NCBI GenBank assembly: GCA_017555825.1
Contig: JAFZFQ010000022.1
Span: 7,174 to 71,173, forward strand
Source of the DNA: Bacteroidaceae bacterium
Lineage (GTDB): Bacteria > Bacteroidota > Bacteroidia > Bacteroidales > Barnesiellaceae_A
Direction of reading: 5' to 3'
Length of the DNA stretch: 64,000 nt
The notes beneath the pieces were generated by a model. It was not told the DNA's origin. It saw nothing but the letters and a program-made list of their open reading frames with translations, and did not search any database. Position numbers and translations under genes: made by a program. How positions within the stretch are numbered: position 1 is the first letter of the stretch; each line of letters begins with the position of its first letter. This document shows, one piece after another, positions 56,355 to 64,000 of this stretch.

Positions 56355-57884
56355 TTATTTGTCGTGGTTGCGAATTTTCTTGTAAGCCTTGCCTATATTG
56401 GCAATAATATCTTGCGCAGTGATATACTCTTCGCAATTTTCGCTTGCAGCAATATCGCCGGCAGTGCCGTGCAAGTGTACGGCCAATACGGCGGCCTTGA
56501 TGGGCTCGTATCCTTGTGCCAATAGTGAGGTGATAATACCTGTGAGCACATCGCCACTACCTGCTGTAGCCATGCCGTTGTTGCCACAGTTGTTGATGTA
56601 TACCTCGCCCTTGGGCGATATGATGGCAGTGTGTGCGCCTTTCAACACAATGATGATGTTGTAGCGGCTTGCCATGGCAATGGCTTGTTGCAAGCGGTGT
56701 GAGTCGCTGTCGATAACACACTCGTACAATCGCTCAAATTCACCCACATGAGGCGTGATGATAGAACCGGCAGGAAGCAGGTCGAGAAGCTCGGGCTGAC
56801 GTGACAAGATGTGCAATGCATCGGCGTCAAATACGGTGGGTATCTTGATACCGTCCGACAGTAGTTTGAGCATGCAAGAAGTTTGCTTGGCACCATAGCC
56901 GAGTCCCGGGCCAATGCCCAATGCGTTGTAGCGGTTGTTGATGGTTACATCGCTACACACGAGGTCTTCGGCGTCGGGCTCATAGAGCGCTTCGGGTACA
57001 GATGTCTGCATGATAACATTGCCACAACGAGGGGCGTGTACGGTAGTAAGGCCTATGCCTGTGTGCATAGCGGCCTTGGCTGCCAATACTGTGGCGCCCA
57101 TCATGCCGTAGCGACCACTCACGAGCAATCCGTGACCATAGGTGCGCTTGTCGGAGAATTTTTCGCGTGGGCGTATGAGTGATGCAATGTCGCTATTCTC
57201 AACGCAGTAGAAGTGCGACATCGAATCGGTTGTGCCGGCAGGCTTCAAGCCGATGTCGAGCACCTTCCACTTGCCTACATAAGGCGCGTTCTCTTTGAAG
57301 AAGAAAGCGAGCTTGGGGTATTGGAATGTATATGTGACGTGTGCTCTAATGATGTGGCGAGACTCGTTTTTTTGAGTCCAATCGCTCATCAATCCGGTAG
57401 GGATATCTATGGAGATAACGTATGCCTCTGAGTCGTTGATATATTCGACAAGCGAAGTGAAGCCACCGGCCAACGGCTTGTTAAGACCTGTGCCAAAAAG
57501 TCCGTCGATAACCAATGTGTCGGCGGTGAGATGTGGAGGTCGGAAGGTCTTTGTTACCTCGTCAAGACGAGCGTTGGGAAATTCGGCCTTGAGACGCTCG
57601 TGGTTGATGGCACAATTGGGGTTGATGTTGGTCGATGTTATGAAGTAGTATATCTGTGGGTTATAGCCTTCTACCATGAGCAGGCGGGCTATAGCCAGTG
57701 CATCGCCTCCGTTGTTGCCGGGGCCGGCAAAGATGCAGATGTGCTTGTTGCGAGGAAAGTGCGAGGTGATTTCATACACCACGGCCGAAGCGGCTCTTTC
57801 CATCAGGTCGAGCTCGGTAATACCCTCTTGTTCTATTGTATCTTGATCGATTTGGCGTAGGTCGCCAGCCGAAAATATCTTCAT
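56355..57884 (-). CDS. nnr: Bifunctional NAD(P)H-hydrate repair enzyme (epimerase + ADP-dependent dehydratase)
   Basis: Start at MKIFSAGDLRQID. N-terminal YjeF-N domain (FAGPGNNGGDALA) and a C-terminal carbohydrate-kinase-like domain (GNNGMATAGSGDVLTG). Confidence 0.92.
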   Translation of the reverse strand: MKIFSAGDLRQIDQDTIEQEGITELDLMERAASAVVYEITSHFPRNKHICIFAGPGNNGGDALAIARLLMVEGYNPQIYYFITSTNINPNCAINHERLKAEFPNARLDEVTKTFRPPHLTADTLVIDGLFGTGLNKPLAGGFTSLVEYINDSEAYVISIDIPTGLMSDWTQKNESRHIIRAHVTYTFQYPKLAFFFKENAPYVGKWKVLDIGLKPAGTTDSMSHFYCVENSDIASLIRPREKFSDKRTYGHGLLVSGRYGMMGATVLAAKAAMHTGIGLTTVHAPRCGNVIMQTSVPEALYEPDAEDLVCSDVTINNRYNALGIGPGLGYGAKQTSCMLKLLSDGIKIPTVFDADALHILSRQPELLDLLPAGSIITPHVGEFERLYECVIDSDSHRLQQAIAMASRYNIIIVLKGAHTAIISPKGEVYINNCGNNGMATAGSGDVLTGIITSLLAQGYEPIKAAVLAVHLHGTAGDIAASENCEEYITAQDIIANIGKAYKKIRNHDK

Positions 57885-57918
57885 AATCGTTTGCTTTTTC
57901 TCCGAATTCTTGAATATA

Positions 57919-57926
57919 CAAAGATA
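57919..57926 (-). promoter_or_regulatory. -7 promoter box TAtcTTTG (nnr)
   Basis: Exact TAnnTTTG on the minus strand, 35 nt upstream of the ATG at 57884. Confidence 0.45.
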
Positions 57927-57980
57927 GTGTTTCGCAAGGAAAAGACAAAGAGCGTTTGCCAATTTTATTTTTATCGCAAA

Positions 57981-58027
57981 AAAATTAATACAAAATTAAT
58001 ACAAAATTAATACAAAATTAATACAAA
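57981..58027. repeat. Perfect tandem repeat, 11-bp unit AAAATTAATAC x 4.3
   Basis: Four exact head-to-tail copies (57981-57991, 57992-58002, 58003-58013, 58014-58024) plus a partial AAA. It lies in the divergent nnr/hpt intergenic region. Confidence 0.95.
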
Positions 58028-58159
58028 CAACACGTTAAACAGTACCGAAATATTGCTACTGACGATGGTGTGATTTTGTTCGGACTGTATTTTGTGTGAG
58101 TTGTTGATAAATGGTGGAAAATATTATGCTGCAGGTGTGGTAATTTAGTTTTAAAATTG

Positions 58160-58167
58160 TACCTTTG
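58160..58167 (+). promoter_or_regulatory. -7 promoter box TAccTTTG (hpt-adk)
   Basis: Exact TAnnTTTG, 24 nt upstream of the ATG at 58192. This rules out the ORF-track start at 58165. Confidence 0.5.
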
Positions 58168-58191
58168 CACAAATTCATTGCATTTGTAGTT

Positions 58192-58734
58192 ATGGATACT
58201 ATTAAACTGAAAGATTTGACCTTTAGGCCATATATAAGCAGTGAGGAAATTGCTGCTGCTGTGAAGAATGTAGCCGCTCGCATCAACGAGGATCTTGCCG
58301 ACAAGAATCCGTTGTTTTTGTGCGTGCTCAATGGCTCGTTTATTTTTGCAGCCGACTTGTTCCGCGAGATAACTATCCCCGGAGCAGAGATAACATTTAT
58401 ACGCATGAAGTCGTATATCGGAACACAAACAACCGGCGATGTACAAATGGTGTCGGGGCTTACCGAGGACATTTCGGGCCGTACCGTTGTTATTGTTGAG
58501 GATATTGTAGATTCTGGTTTTACGCTCAAGCAACTCAAAGCCTTGCTGCAAGAGTGCAACCCTGCCGAGATTAAGGTTGCTACATTGCTCTTCAAGCCCG
58601 AGTCGCTCAAGTGTGATGTGACTATAGACTATGTTGCGCTGGATATTCCTCCTGCATTTATTGTAGGTTATGGATTGGATTATGATAACTTGGGTCGCAA
58701 CCTCAAGGATATATATTCGATTGTACAAGATTGA
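58192..58734 (+). CDS. hpt: Hypoxanthine phosphoribosyltransferase
   Basis: MDTIKLKDLTFRPYIS...; PRPP-binding motif VVIVEDIVDSGFTL; C-terminal VGYGLDYD. Confidence 0.93.
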   Translation: MDTIKLKDLTFRPYISSEEIAAAVKNVAARINEDLADKNPLFLCVLNGSFIFAADLFREITIPGAEITFIRMKSYIGTQTTGDVQMVSGLTEDISGRTVVIVEDIVDSGFTLKQLKALLQECNPAEIKVATLLFKPESLKCDVTIDYVALDIPPAFIVGYGLDYDNLGRNLKDIYSIVQD

Positions 58735-58756
58735 AAAAAAATAAAGATAACAAGAT

Positions 58757-59335
58757 ATGAATATAGTGATTTTTGGAGCCCCCGGCTCAGGAAAAGGTAC
58801 ACAAAGTGCATTGCTCATTGAAGAGTATGGCTACTACCACATATCAACCGGCGACGTATTGCGTGCGCAGATTGCACAAGGTACAGAGTTGGGTAAGATT
58901 GCCGATTCGTACATTTCAAAAGGTCAACTCATTCCCGATGAGTTGATGATTGATATTTTGGACGACGTATTGTCGGCACACCCCGAGAGTGCCAAGGGTG
59001 TAGTATTTGATGGTTTCCCCCGTACTATACACCAAGCCGATGCCTTGGATGTATTGTTGGAAAAACGCGGTGGTAAGTTGGATATTGTAGTGGGTCTCGA
59101 AGTAGAGGAAGAGGAGCTCATTGAGCGCCTTATCAATCGCGGTAAGACCTCGGGTCGTAGCGACGACAATATGGAGACTATCAAGAAACGTCTCGATGTG
59201 TATAACAACCAAACCAACCCCTTGCGCGACCACTATATGGAGCAAGGTAAGTACGAAGCTGTACATGGTATGGGTAGCATCGAAGATATCTTTGCCAATA
59301 TCAAGAGTGTTGTAGAGAAACATCGCTCTCTCTAA
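58757..59335 (+). CDS. adk: Adenylate kinase (short, no zinc lid)
   Basis: 192 aa; P-loop FGAPGSGKGTQ, GFPRT, RSDDN. Confidence 0.96.
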   Translation: MNIVIFGAPGSGKGTQSALLIEEYGYYHISTGDVLRAQIAQGTELGKIADSYISKGQLIPDELMIDILDDVLSAHPESAKGVVFDGFPRTIHQADALDVLLEKRGGKLDIVVGLEVEEEELIERLINRGKTSGRSDDNMETIKKRLDVYNNQTNPLRDHYMEQGKYEAVHGMGSIEDIFANIKSVVEKHRSL

Positions 59336-59483
59336 TTGATATATCAAAGATAGCGACAATAAACTCACAAGACAATTAGTGTTAATGTCTTGATATAAAA
59401 CGAATAAAATACCGTAAAATAGAATGGAGGCTGCACGATGAGTGTGGCCTCTTTTGTTTTGGGGTGTGGCTTGCGTGGATGGG

Positions 59484-60272
59484 TTATTGAATGGGAGTAG
59501 GGGTGCTCTCTTGAAGCAGGGTTTGAGCAAGGTTCTTGTGCTTGTGTATATAGCGCAAGGCTTCTTGAGCTGCAATTTGTTGCGCCTCTTTCTTCGAGTA
59601 TCCGCGACCTTGTCCCAGCTCTTGGTTGGCTATCATGACGCGAGCATGGAATATAGGGTTCTTGTGCTCGTCGGTCGATATATCATCTATATCGAAGAGG
59701 TAGGGTATGTGGTGGTGTTGACACCACTCGATGAGGCGCGACTTGAAGTTGACCTCTTGTTGCGATAGCTTGTTGATGTCGATGTGCTTGCTGATGATTT
59801 GGTTCTCGACAATTGTGCGACACTTCTCAAATCCCTGGTCGAGGTATATAGCGCCAATGAGAGCTTCGAGGGCGTTGCCATAGGTGTTGTTGTTGTGCGA
59901 TTGTGAATGGATGGTTACTTGCACAATCTTGTCAAGTCCGAGCGCTACGGCTACTTGGTTGAGGGTGTCACGCTGTACAATTTTTGAGCGTGTTTTTGAC
60001 ATGAATCCCTCGTCCTTGTTTCCGAAACGTTTGTAGATTATGTCCGACACTATTGTGCTCAAGACTGCGTCGCCGAGAAATTCCAATCGCTCGTTATTGC
60101 CACCCTCTTGCGAGTTGCGTCCGGCCGAGCGGTGTCGGCATGCTTGTTGGAAGAGGGTGATGTTGTTGGGGATAAATCCCAACATGTCGTAGAAAATACG
60201 ATAAGGCTCTTGGCGTTGCAACGTCAAGAGCCTTATGCGTTTATAGATAGATTGAAACACTTTATTTCTCAA
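59484..60272 (-). CDS. rnc: Ribonuclease III
   Basis: 262 aa; RNase III signature NERLEFLGDAVL plus a C-terminal dsRBD (FHARVMIANQELGQGRGYSKKEAQQIAA). Confidence 0.93.
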   Translation of the reverse strand: MRNKVFQSIYKRIRLLTLQRQEPYRIFYDMLGFIPNNITLFQQACRHRSAGRNSQEGGNNERLEFLGDAVLSTIVSDIIYKRFGNKDEGFMSKTRSKIVQRDTLNQVAVALGLDKIVQVTIHSQSHNNNTYGNALEALIGAIYLDQGFEKCRTIVENQIISKHIDINKLSQQEVNFKSRLIEWCQHHHIPYLFDIDDISTDEHKNPIFHARVMIANQELGQGRGYSKKEAQQIAAQEALRYIHKHKNLAQTLLQESTPTPIQ

Positions 60273-61527
60273 ATTTTTTCAAGATAACACAAGCGTTGTG
60301 ACCGCCAAAGCCAAATGTATTTGACATTACGGCGCGCAATTCGCGCTTTTGTGCTTTGTTGAATGTAAAGTTGAGATTGTAGTCAATCTCGGGGTCGTTG
60401 TCGCCCTCTTCGTGGTTGATGGTGGGCGGAACGATTCCATTTTCCATAGCTTTTATGCAGAGCACTGCTTCGAGTGCGCCGGCAGCACCCAAGAGGTGAC
60501 CGGTCATAGACTTGGTCGAGCTGATATTGAGTTTATAAGCATGTTCGCCAAATACCTCTTTGATGGCTTTTATCTCAGATATATCGCCAACAGGAGTAGA
60601 TGTGCCGTGAGTGTTTATGTAGTCAATATCTTCGGGTTTCATCTCAGCGTCTTCGAGAGCATTGCGCATCACGAGTTTGGCGCCCAAGCCCTCGGGGTGA
60701 GTGGCTGTGAGGTGATACGCGTCAGCGGCAAGACCACCACCGGCTATCTCGGCATAAATTTTGGCTCCACGAGCCAGGGCGTGTTCCATCTCTTCGAGGA
60801 TGAGACAGCTACCACCTTCACCCATAACAAAACCGTCGCGTGAGCCACTGAAGGGGCGCGAAGCTGTTTGGGGCGAATCGTTGCGAGTAGAGAGCGCGTG
60901 CATCGCGTTGAAGCCACCTACGCCGGCAGCATAGATAGCAGCTTCCGAACCACCAGATATGATTACATCGGCTTTACCCAAGCGAATGTAATTGTAGGCA
61001 TCTATCAATGAGTGGTTGGATGAAGCACATGCCGAAACGGTGCCGAAGTTGGGGCCGTGAAATCCATAAAGCATAGAGATTTGTCCTGCTGCTATATCCG
61101 ATATCATCTTGGGGATGAAGAAGGGGTTATAGCGAGGGCCTCTTTCGGGATGTAATGCGTAGTTGGTAACCTCTTGTTCGAAAGTACCCAAACCACCAAT
61201 ACCGGCTGCGTAAATAACGCCGGCACGTTCGCGATTTATCTTCTCTACATCAATGCCCGAGTCATTCATCGCCTCTTTTACTGCTGCGATAGCATATTGT
61301 GCAAAGAGGTCGAGCTTGCGTGCTTCTTTGGGGTTTTCAAAGTAGTTGAGAGGATCAAAATTCTTTACCTCGCACGCAAATTTAGTCTTGAACTCGCTGG
61401 CATCAAAATGTGTAATAGGTCCAGCTCCACTTACTCCATTGATGGCTGCATCCCATGTTTCAGAGACGCAGTTGCCCAATGGCGTAATTGAACCCAGACC
61501 TGTTACTACAACTCTTTTGAGTTCCAT
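60262..61527 (-). CDS. fabF: Beta-ketoacyl-ACP synthase II
   Basis: 421 aa; active-site Cys context SACASS, His motifs INTHGTST and GHLLGAAG. Confidence 0.96.
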   Translation of the reverse strand: MELKRVVVTGLGSITPLGNCVSETWDAAINGVSGAGPITHFDASEFKTKFACEVKNFDPLNYFENPKEARKLDLFAQYAIAAVKEAMNDSGIDVEKINRERAGVIYAAGIGGLGTFEQEVTNYALHPERGPRYNPFFIPKMISDIAAGQISMLYGFHGPNFGTVSACASSNHSLIDAYNYIRLGKADVIISGGSEAAIYAAGVGGFNAMHALSTRNDSPQTASRPFSGSRDGFVMGEGGSCLILEEMEHALARGAKIYAEIAGGGLAADAYHLTATHPEGLGAKLVMRNALEDAEMKPEDIDYINTHGTSTPVGDISEIKAIKEVFGEHAYKLNISSTKSMTGHLLGAAGALEAVLCIKAMENGIVPPTINHEEGDNDPEIDYNLNFTFNKAQKRELRAVMSNTFGFGGHNACVILKKFEK

Positions 61528-61530
61528 AAA

Positions 61531-61773
61531 TTATTTACCTGCAAGAGCTTGCTCGATGTGCTCGATAGCTTCGCCTACAGTTGTGATTTTTTCAGCTTCC
61601 TCATCGGGAATTTTGATGTCGAATGTATTCTCGAAATCCATGATCATTTCTACTGTATCGAGTGAATCTGCACCCAAATCGTTGGTGAAGCTAGCTTCGT
61701 TGGTAACAGCAGACTCGGGACGACCCAAACGTTCTGCGATAATTGATCTTACTTTTACTGCAACTTCAGACAT
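61531..61773 (-). CDS. acpP: Acyl carrier protein
   Basis: 80 aa; phosphopantetheine attachment motif [10 protein letters not shown]. Confidence 0.96.
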   Translation of the reverse strand: MSEVAVKVRSIIAERLGRPESAVTNEASFTNDLGADSLDTVEMIMDFENTFDIKIPDEEAEKITTVGEAIEHIEQALAGK

Positions 61774-61955
61774 AGTTTTTCTTTTTTAATGAATTAATAA
61801 GAAGTTTTATTCAAAAATGCTGTGCAAAGAAAAGGTTTTTTGATGAATTATTTGCTATTTCGAGGGTAGAAAATGCGTTTTACTGCACAAAAAATCCTTG
61901 TGTGTGCACTGTTTTGTATTTAAATACGCTTCTTGTGCTATTATACAATATCAAT

Positions 61956-62684
61956 TTATAACTCTATAGGCTGGGTGGGGAGTGTCTCTTGGTAGTTGAG
62001 TATGTGGTATTCTTTCTCACCCACTTTCTCAAGTACGCCTACGGGTTTGTTGCTGAAAATGTATACTTCCGACACGGTTTCGCCGTTGCTGTTGGTATAG
62101 TCAATGCTGTAGGCAGTAGCGATTACCTCTTCGGGATTGCGCTCGTTGAAGGATTGCATGGCGTAGTGTTGTGCAGCGTAGCCTTCGAGGCTGAGGGCTT
62201 CGAGTTGTTCATACTCGGCTTGCAGATTCTCGGCATCGCGGGTAAACGAGTAGCTACGACTGCGGTCGAACTTGAGATACTCCTCGTGGTTTGAGGGGAG
62301 TTTTTGTGCGGCTTTGAGGTAGCCGTCTATTTTGCTTTTGTATTTGATGTTGTTGCCATATTGGCGCTTGGCGGCCTCATATTTTTTCATGTAGTCTTCG
62401 TGGCGCAACACGTTGGCACGCTCGTCTTTCTCGCAATCTTCGGCTTTCTTTTCCCAAGCGAGTTTTTTCTCCGCGAGCAGATTTTGATATTCGGGTGTGA
62501 GTCCGCGAGTGATGTAGGCAATGCTATCGGCTACGGTAATATCTTGCACGAAGGTTATGGTGATATTCTCTTTGTTGCCTTCTTGTGCTACAAATGCGTC
62601 GATGTAGTCTTGTTGTGTGGGTTGGCTTGCGCATGAGGCGAGGAGTGCTACGCAAGCAGTGGCCAATAGATGTTGGAATTTCAT
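61956..62684 (-). CDS. Uncharacterised lipoprotein
   Basis: 242 aa; lipoprotein signal MKFQHLLATACVALLASC. Lys/Glu-rich helical middle section. No family recognised. Confidence 0.6.
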   Translation of the reverse strand: MKFQHLLATACVALLASCASQPTQQDYIDAFVAQEGNKENITITFVQDITVADSIAYITRGLTPEYQNLLAEKKLAWEKKAEDCEKDERANVLRHEDYMKKYEAAKRQYGNNIKYKSKIDGYLKAAQKLPSNHEEYLKFDRSRSYSFTRDAENLQAEYEQLEALSLEGYAAQHYAMQSFNERNPEEVIATAYSIDYTNSNGETVSEVYIFSNKPVGVLEKVGEKEYHILNYQETLPTQPIEL

Positions 62685-62788
62685 AATGTTATTTGTTTTA
62701 TAGGTTTGTTTATTGTTTGATAACTCTTTGTTGCAGATACAAAACTACTGTTTTTATTTGAATTAATAAATAGGTGATAAAAAATTTG

Positions 62789-62796
62789 TAGTTTTG
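62789..62796 (+). promoter_or_regulatory. -7 promoter box TAgtTTTG (HAD hydrolase gene)
   Basis: Exact TAnnTTTG. It overlaps the ORF-track start (62794), so the real start must be a downstream ATG. Confidence 0.45.
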
Positions 62797-62838
62797 CACA
62801 TGGTTATGACAAATATAAAAAAATCTATAGAGAGATAT

Positions 62839-63552
62839 ATGGAGCGACGAGGTTGTCGTTCTATGCAGTGTCGGGCGGCCCTTATTGACATGGATGGTGT
62901 GTTGTATGACTCTATGCCTCATCATGCCGAGGCATGGTATCGCACCATGGCTCCACTGGGTATTGCTTGCACTCGCGAGGATTTCTTCTTGCTCGAAGGT
63001 AGCACGCGCACGCGTACTATAAATATGTTTTTCAACCGTGAGTATGGGCATGATGCGCCCGAGGAGGTGTCGTTGGCTCTTTATGAGGAGAAGGTACGAC
63101 AGTTTCGTGCTCTCGGCGATGCCGAGCGCATGCCCGGTGCCGATGTGGTGATAGAGCGGCTCCTCGCGCACGATGTGCGCACGGTGCTTGTTACGGGCTC
63201 AAGTCAGGGTACGTTGCTCGAACTGCTCGATACCGACTATCCGCGAGCCTTCAATATGCCCTATCGTATTACTGGCGAGGATGTTGTGCATGGCAAACCG
63301 TCGCCCGAGCCCTACTTGATGGGCTTGCAACGTGCCGGTGTGGAGGCTCACGAGGCTATTGTGATAGAAAATGCACCGCTCGGTGTGCAGGCCGGCGTGG
63401 CTGCAGGGGTGTTTACTGTGGCTGTCAATACAGGTCCTATTCCGGCTCAAGCATTGTATGATGCGGGTGCCGATATAGTATTCGATTCTATGCCTCAATT
63501 TGCAGCTCATATTGACGAGTTGATAGAGACAATAAATACTAAGGGTGTATGA
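62839..63552 (+). CDS. HAD-superfamily hydrolase (beta-phosphoglucomutase-like subfamily IA)
   Basis: DxD motif LIDMDGVLYDS, motif II LVTGS, motif III/IV GKPSPEPY...VIENAPLGVQAG. The start is uncertain (ATG at 62839 or 62863). Confidence 0.8.
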   Translation: MERRGCRSMQCRAALIDMDGVLYDSMPHHAEAWYRTMAPLGIACTREDFFLLEGSTRTRTINMFFNREYGHDAPEEVSLALYEEKVRQFRALGDAERMPGADVVIERLLAHDVRTVLVTGSSQGTLLELLDTDYPRAFNMPYRITGEDVVHGKPSPEPYLMGLQRAGVEAHEAIVIENAPLGVQAGVAAGVFTVAVNTGPIPAQALYDAGADIVFDSMPQFAAHIDELIETINTKGV

Positions 63553-64000
63553 TGCAAGAAGTTTTGTTCACCAATTGCGTAGAGGAGGCTATAGAGCGCC
63601 TGTGTCGTGACGCAAAGTACGACCGTTGCTTTGTGCTGTGCGATAGCAATACTCACGAGAGTGTGTTGCCTCGTATTGCTTCTGCGCTTGTTGCAGAGGC
63701 CGAGGTGATAACTGTTGCTGCAGGCGAGGAGTCGAAAAATCTCGATTCGCTTGCTTATGTATGGGGCGAGTTGAGCTTGCGTGGTGCCACACGTCATTCG
63801 TTGCTTATCAATGTGGGAGGTGGCATGATTACCGATTTGGGTGGTATGGCGGCCGCAACTTTCAAGCGAGGCATAGACTTTGTCAATATACCCACAACGT
63901 TGCTCGGCGCAGTAGATGCGGCTGTAGGTGGCAAGACGGGCATTAACTTTGCCGGGTTGAAAAACGAAGTAGGTGTTTTTGCTCAAGCTCGCATGGTTGT
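63549..64000 (+). CDS. aroB: 3-dehydroquinate synthase (5' part; runs off the window)
   Basis: Not in the ORF track because it is open-ended. My translation from the ATG at 63549 is MMQEVLFTNC...LINVGGGMITDLGGMAAATFKRGIDFVNIPTTLLGAVDAAVGGKTGINF, which is the AroB nucleotide-binding region. ATGA overlap with the HAD gene stop. Confidence 0.85.
   Translation, partial: MMQEVLFTNCVEEAIERLCRDAKYDRCFVLCDSNTHESVLPRIASALVAEAEVITVAAGEESKNLDSLAYVWGELSLRGATRHSLLINVGGGMITDLGGMAAATFKRGIDFVNIPTTLLGAVDAAVGGKTGINFAGLKNEVGVFAQARMV

Noticed and set aside
58018-58818. A 266-aa minus-strand ORF running from adk through hpt into the tandem-repeat region.
   Set aside because: It is antisense to two unmistakable housekeeping genes and has a low-complexity translation. 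Its N-terminal part simply reads through hpt.
1-64000. A whole-window scan for rRNA, tRNA, tmRNA, CRISPR arrays, IS elements or transposases, prophage blocks, toxin-antitoxin pairs and recognisable defence systems.
   Set aside because: - All intergenic gaps are about 340 bp or shorter and are accounted for by promoters and terminators.
- I saw no cloverleaf-like or repeat-spacer structure, no transposase or integrase other than xerD, and no defence-type ATPase or nuclease genes.
- A by-eye scan cannot exclude small ncRNAs. tRNAscan-SE, Infernal/Rfam and defence-finder tools should be run.

Overview
This looks like a chromosomal segment from a Bacteroidales (phylum Bacteroidota) genome. The evidence is threefold: TAnnTTTG -7 promoter boxes sit in front of most transcription units, three proteins end in T9SS-type C-terminal sorting domains, and the gene order is Bacteroides-like (lepB-lepB-wbqC, xerD/aroQ, acpP-fabF-rnc). 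There are about 54 densely packed protein genes, mostly housekeeping. They include signal peptidases, rpsO, aroQ/aroB, rbfA, a complete lplA-gcvT-gcvH-gcvPA-gcvPB-lpdA glycine-cleavage/lipoylation cluster, rubrerythrin, tryptophanase, typA, malQ and uvrA. Also present are a Pho locus (two-component system divergent from porin-pstSCAB), mtaB, envelope lipid/glycan genes, rnhB, nnr, hpt, adk, rnc, fabF and acpP. I recognised no rRNA, tRNA, CRISPR array, IS element or prophage by eye. Visibly AT-richer accessory patches flank typA: a T9SS cargo gene plus a TPR/AraC regulator on one side, and an orphan KilA-N gene on the other. The most unusual items are: (1) a free-standing 66-codon gene for a very acidic lipoprotein with three CDSC motifs; (2) a signal-peptidase paralog that has lost both catalytic residues; (3) an SDR fused to a 4-Cys module; (4) an 11-bp x 4.3 tandem repeat in a divergent promoter region. 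I did not find a convincing multi-gene novel system. All functional calls come from by-eye motif and family recognition on the supplied translations, not from database searches.
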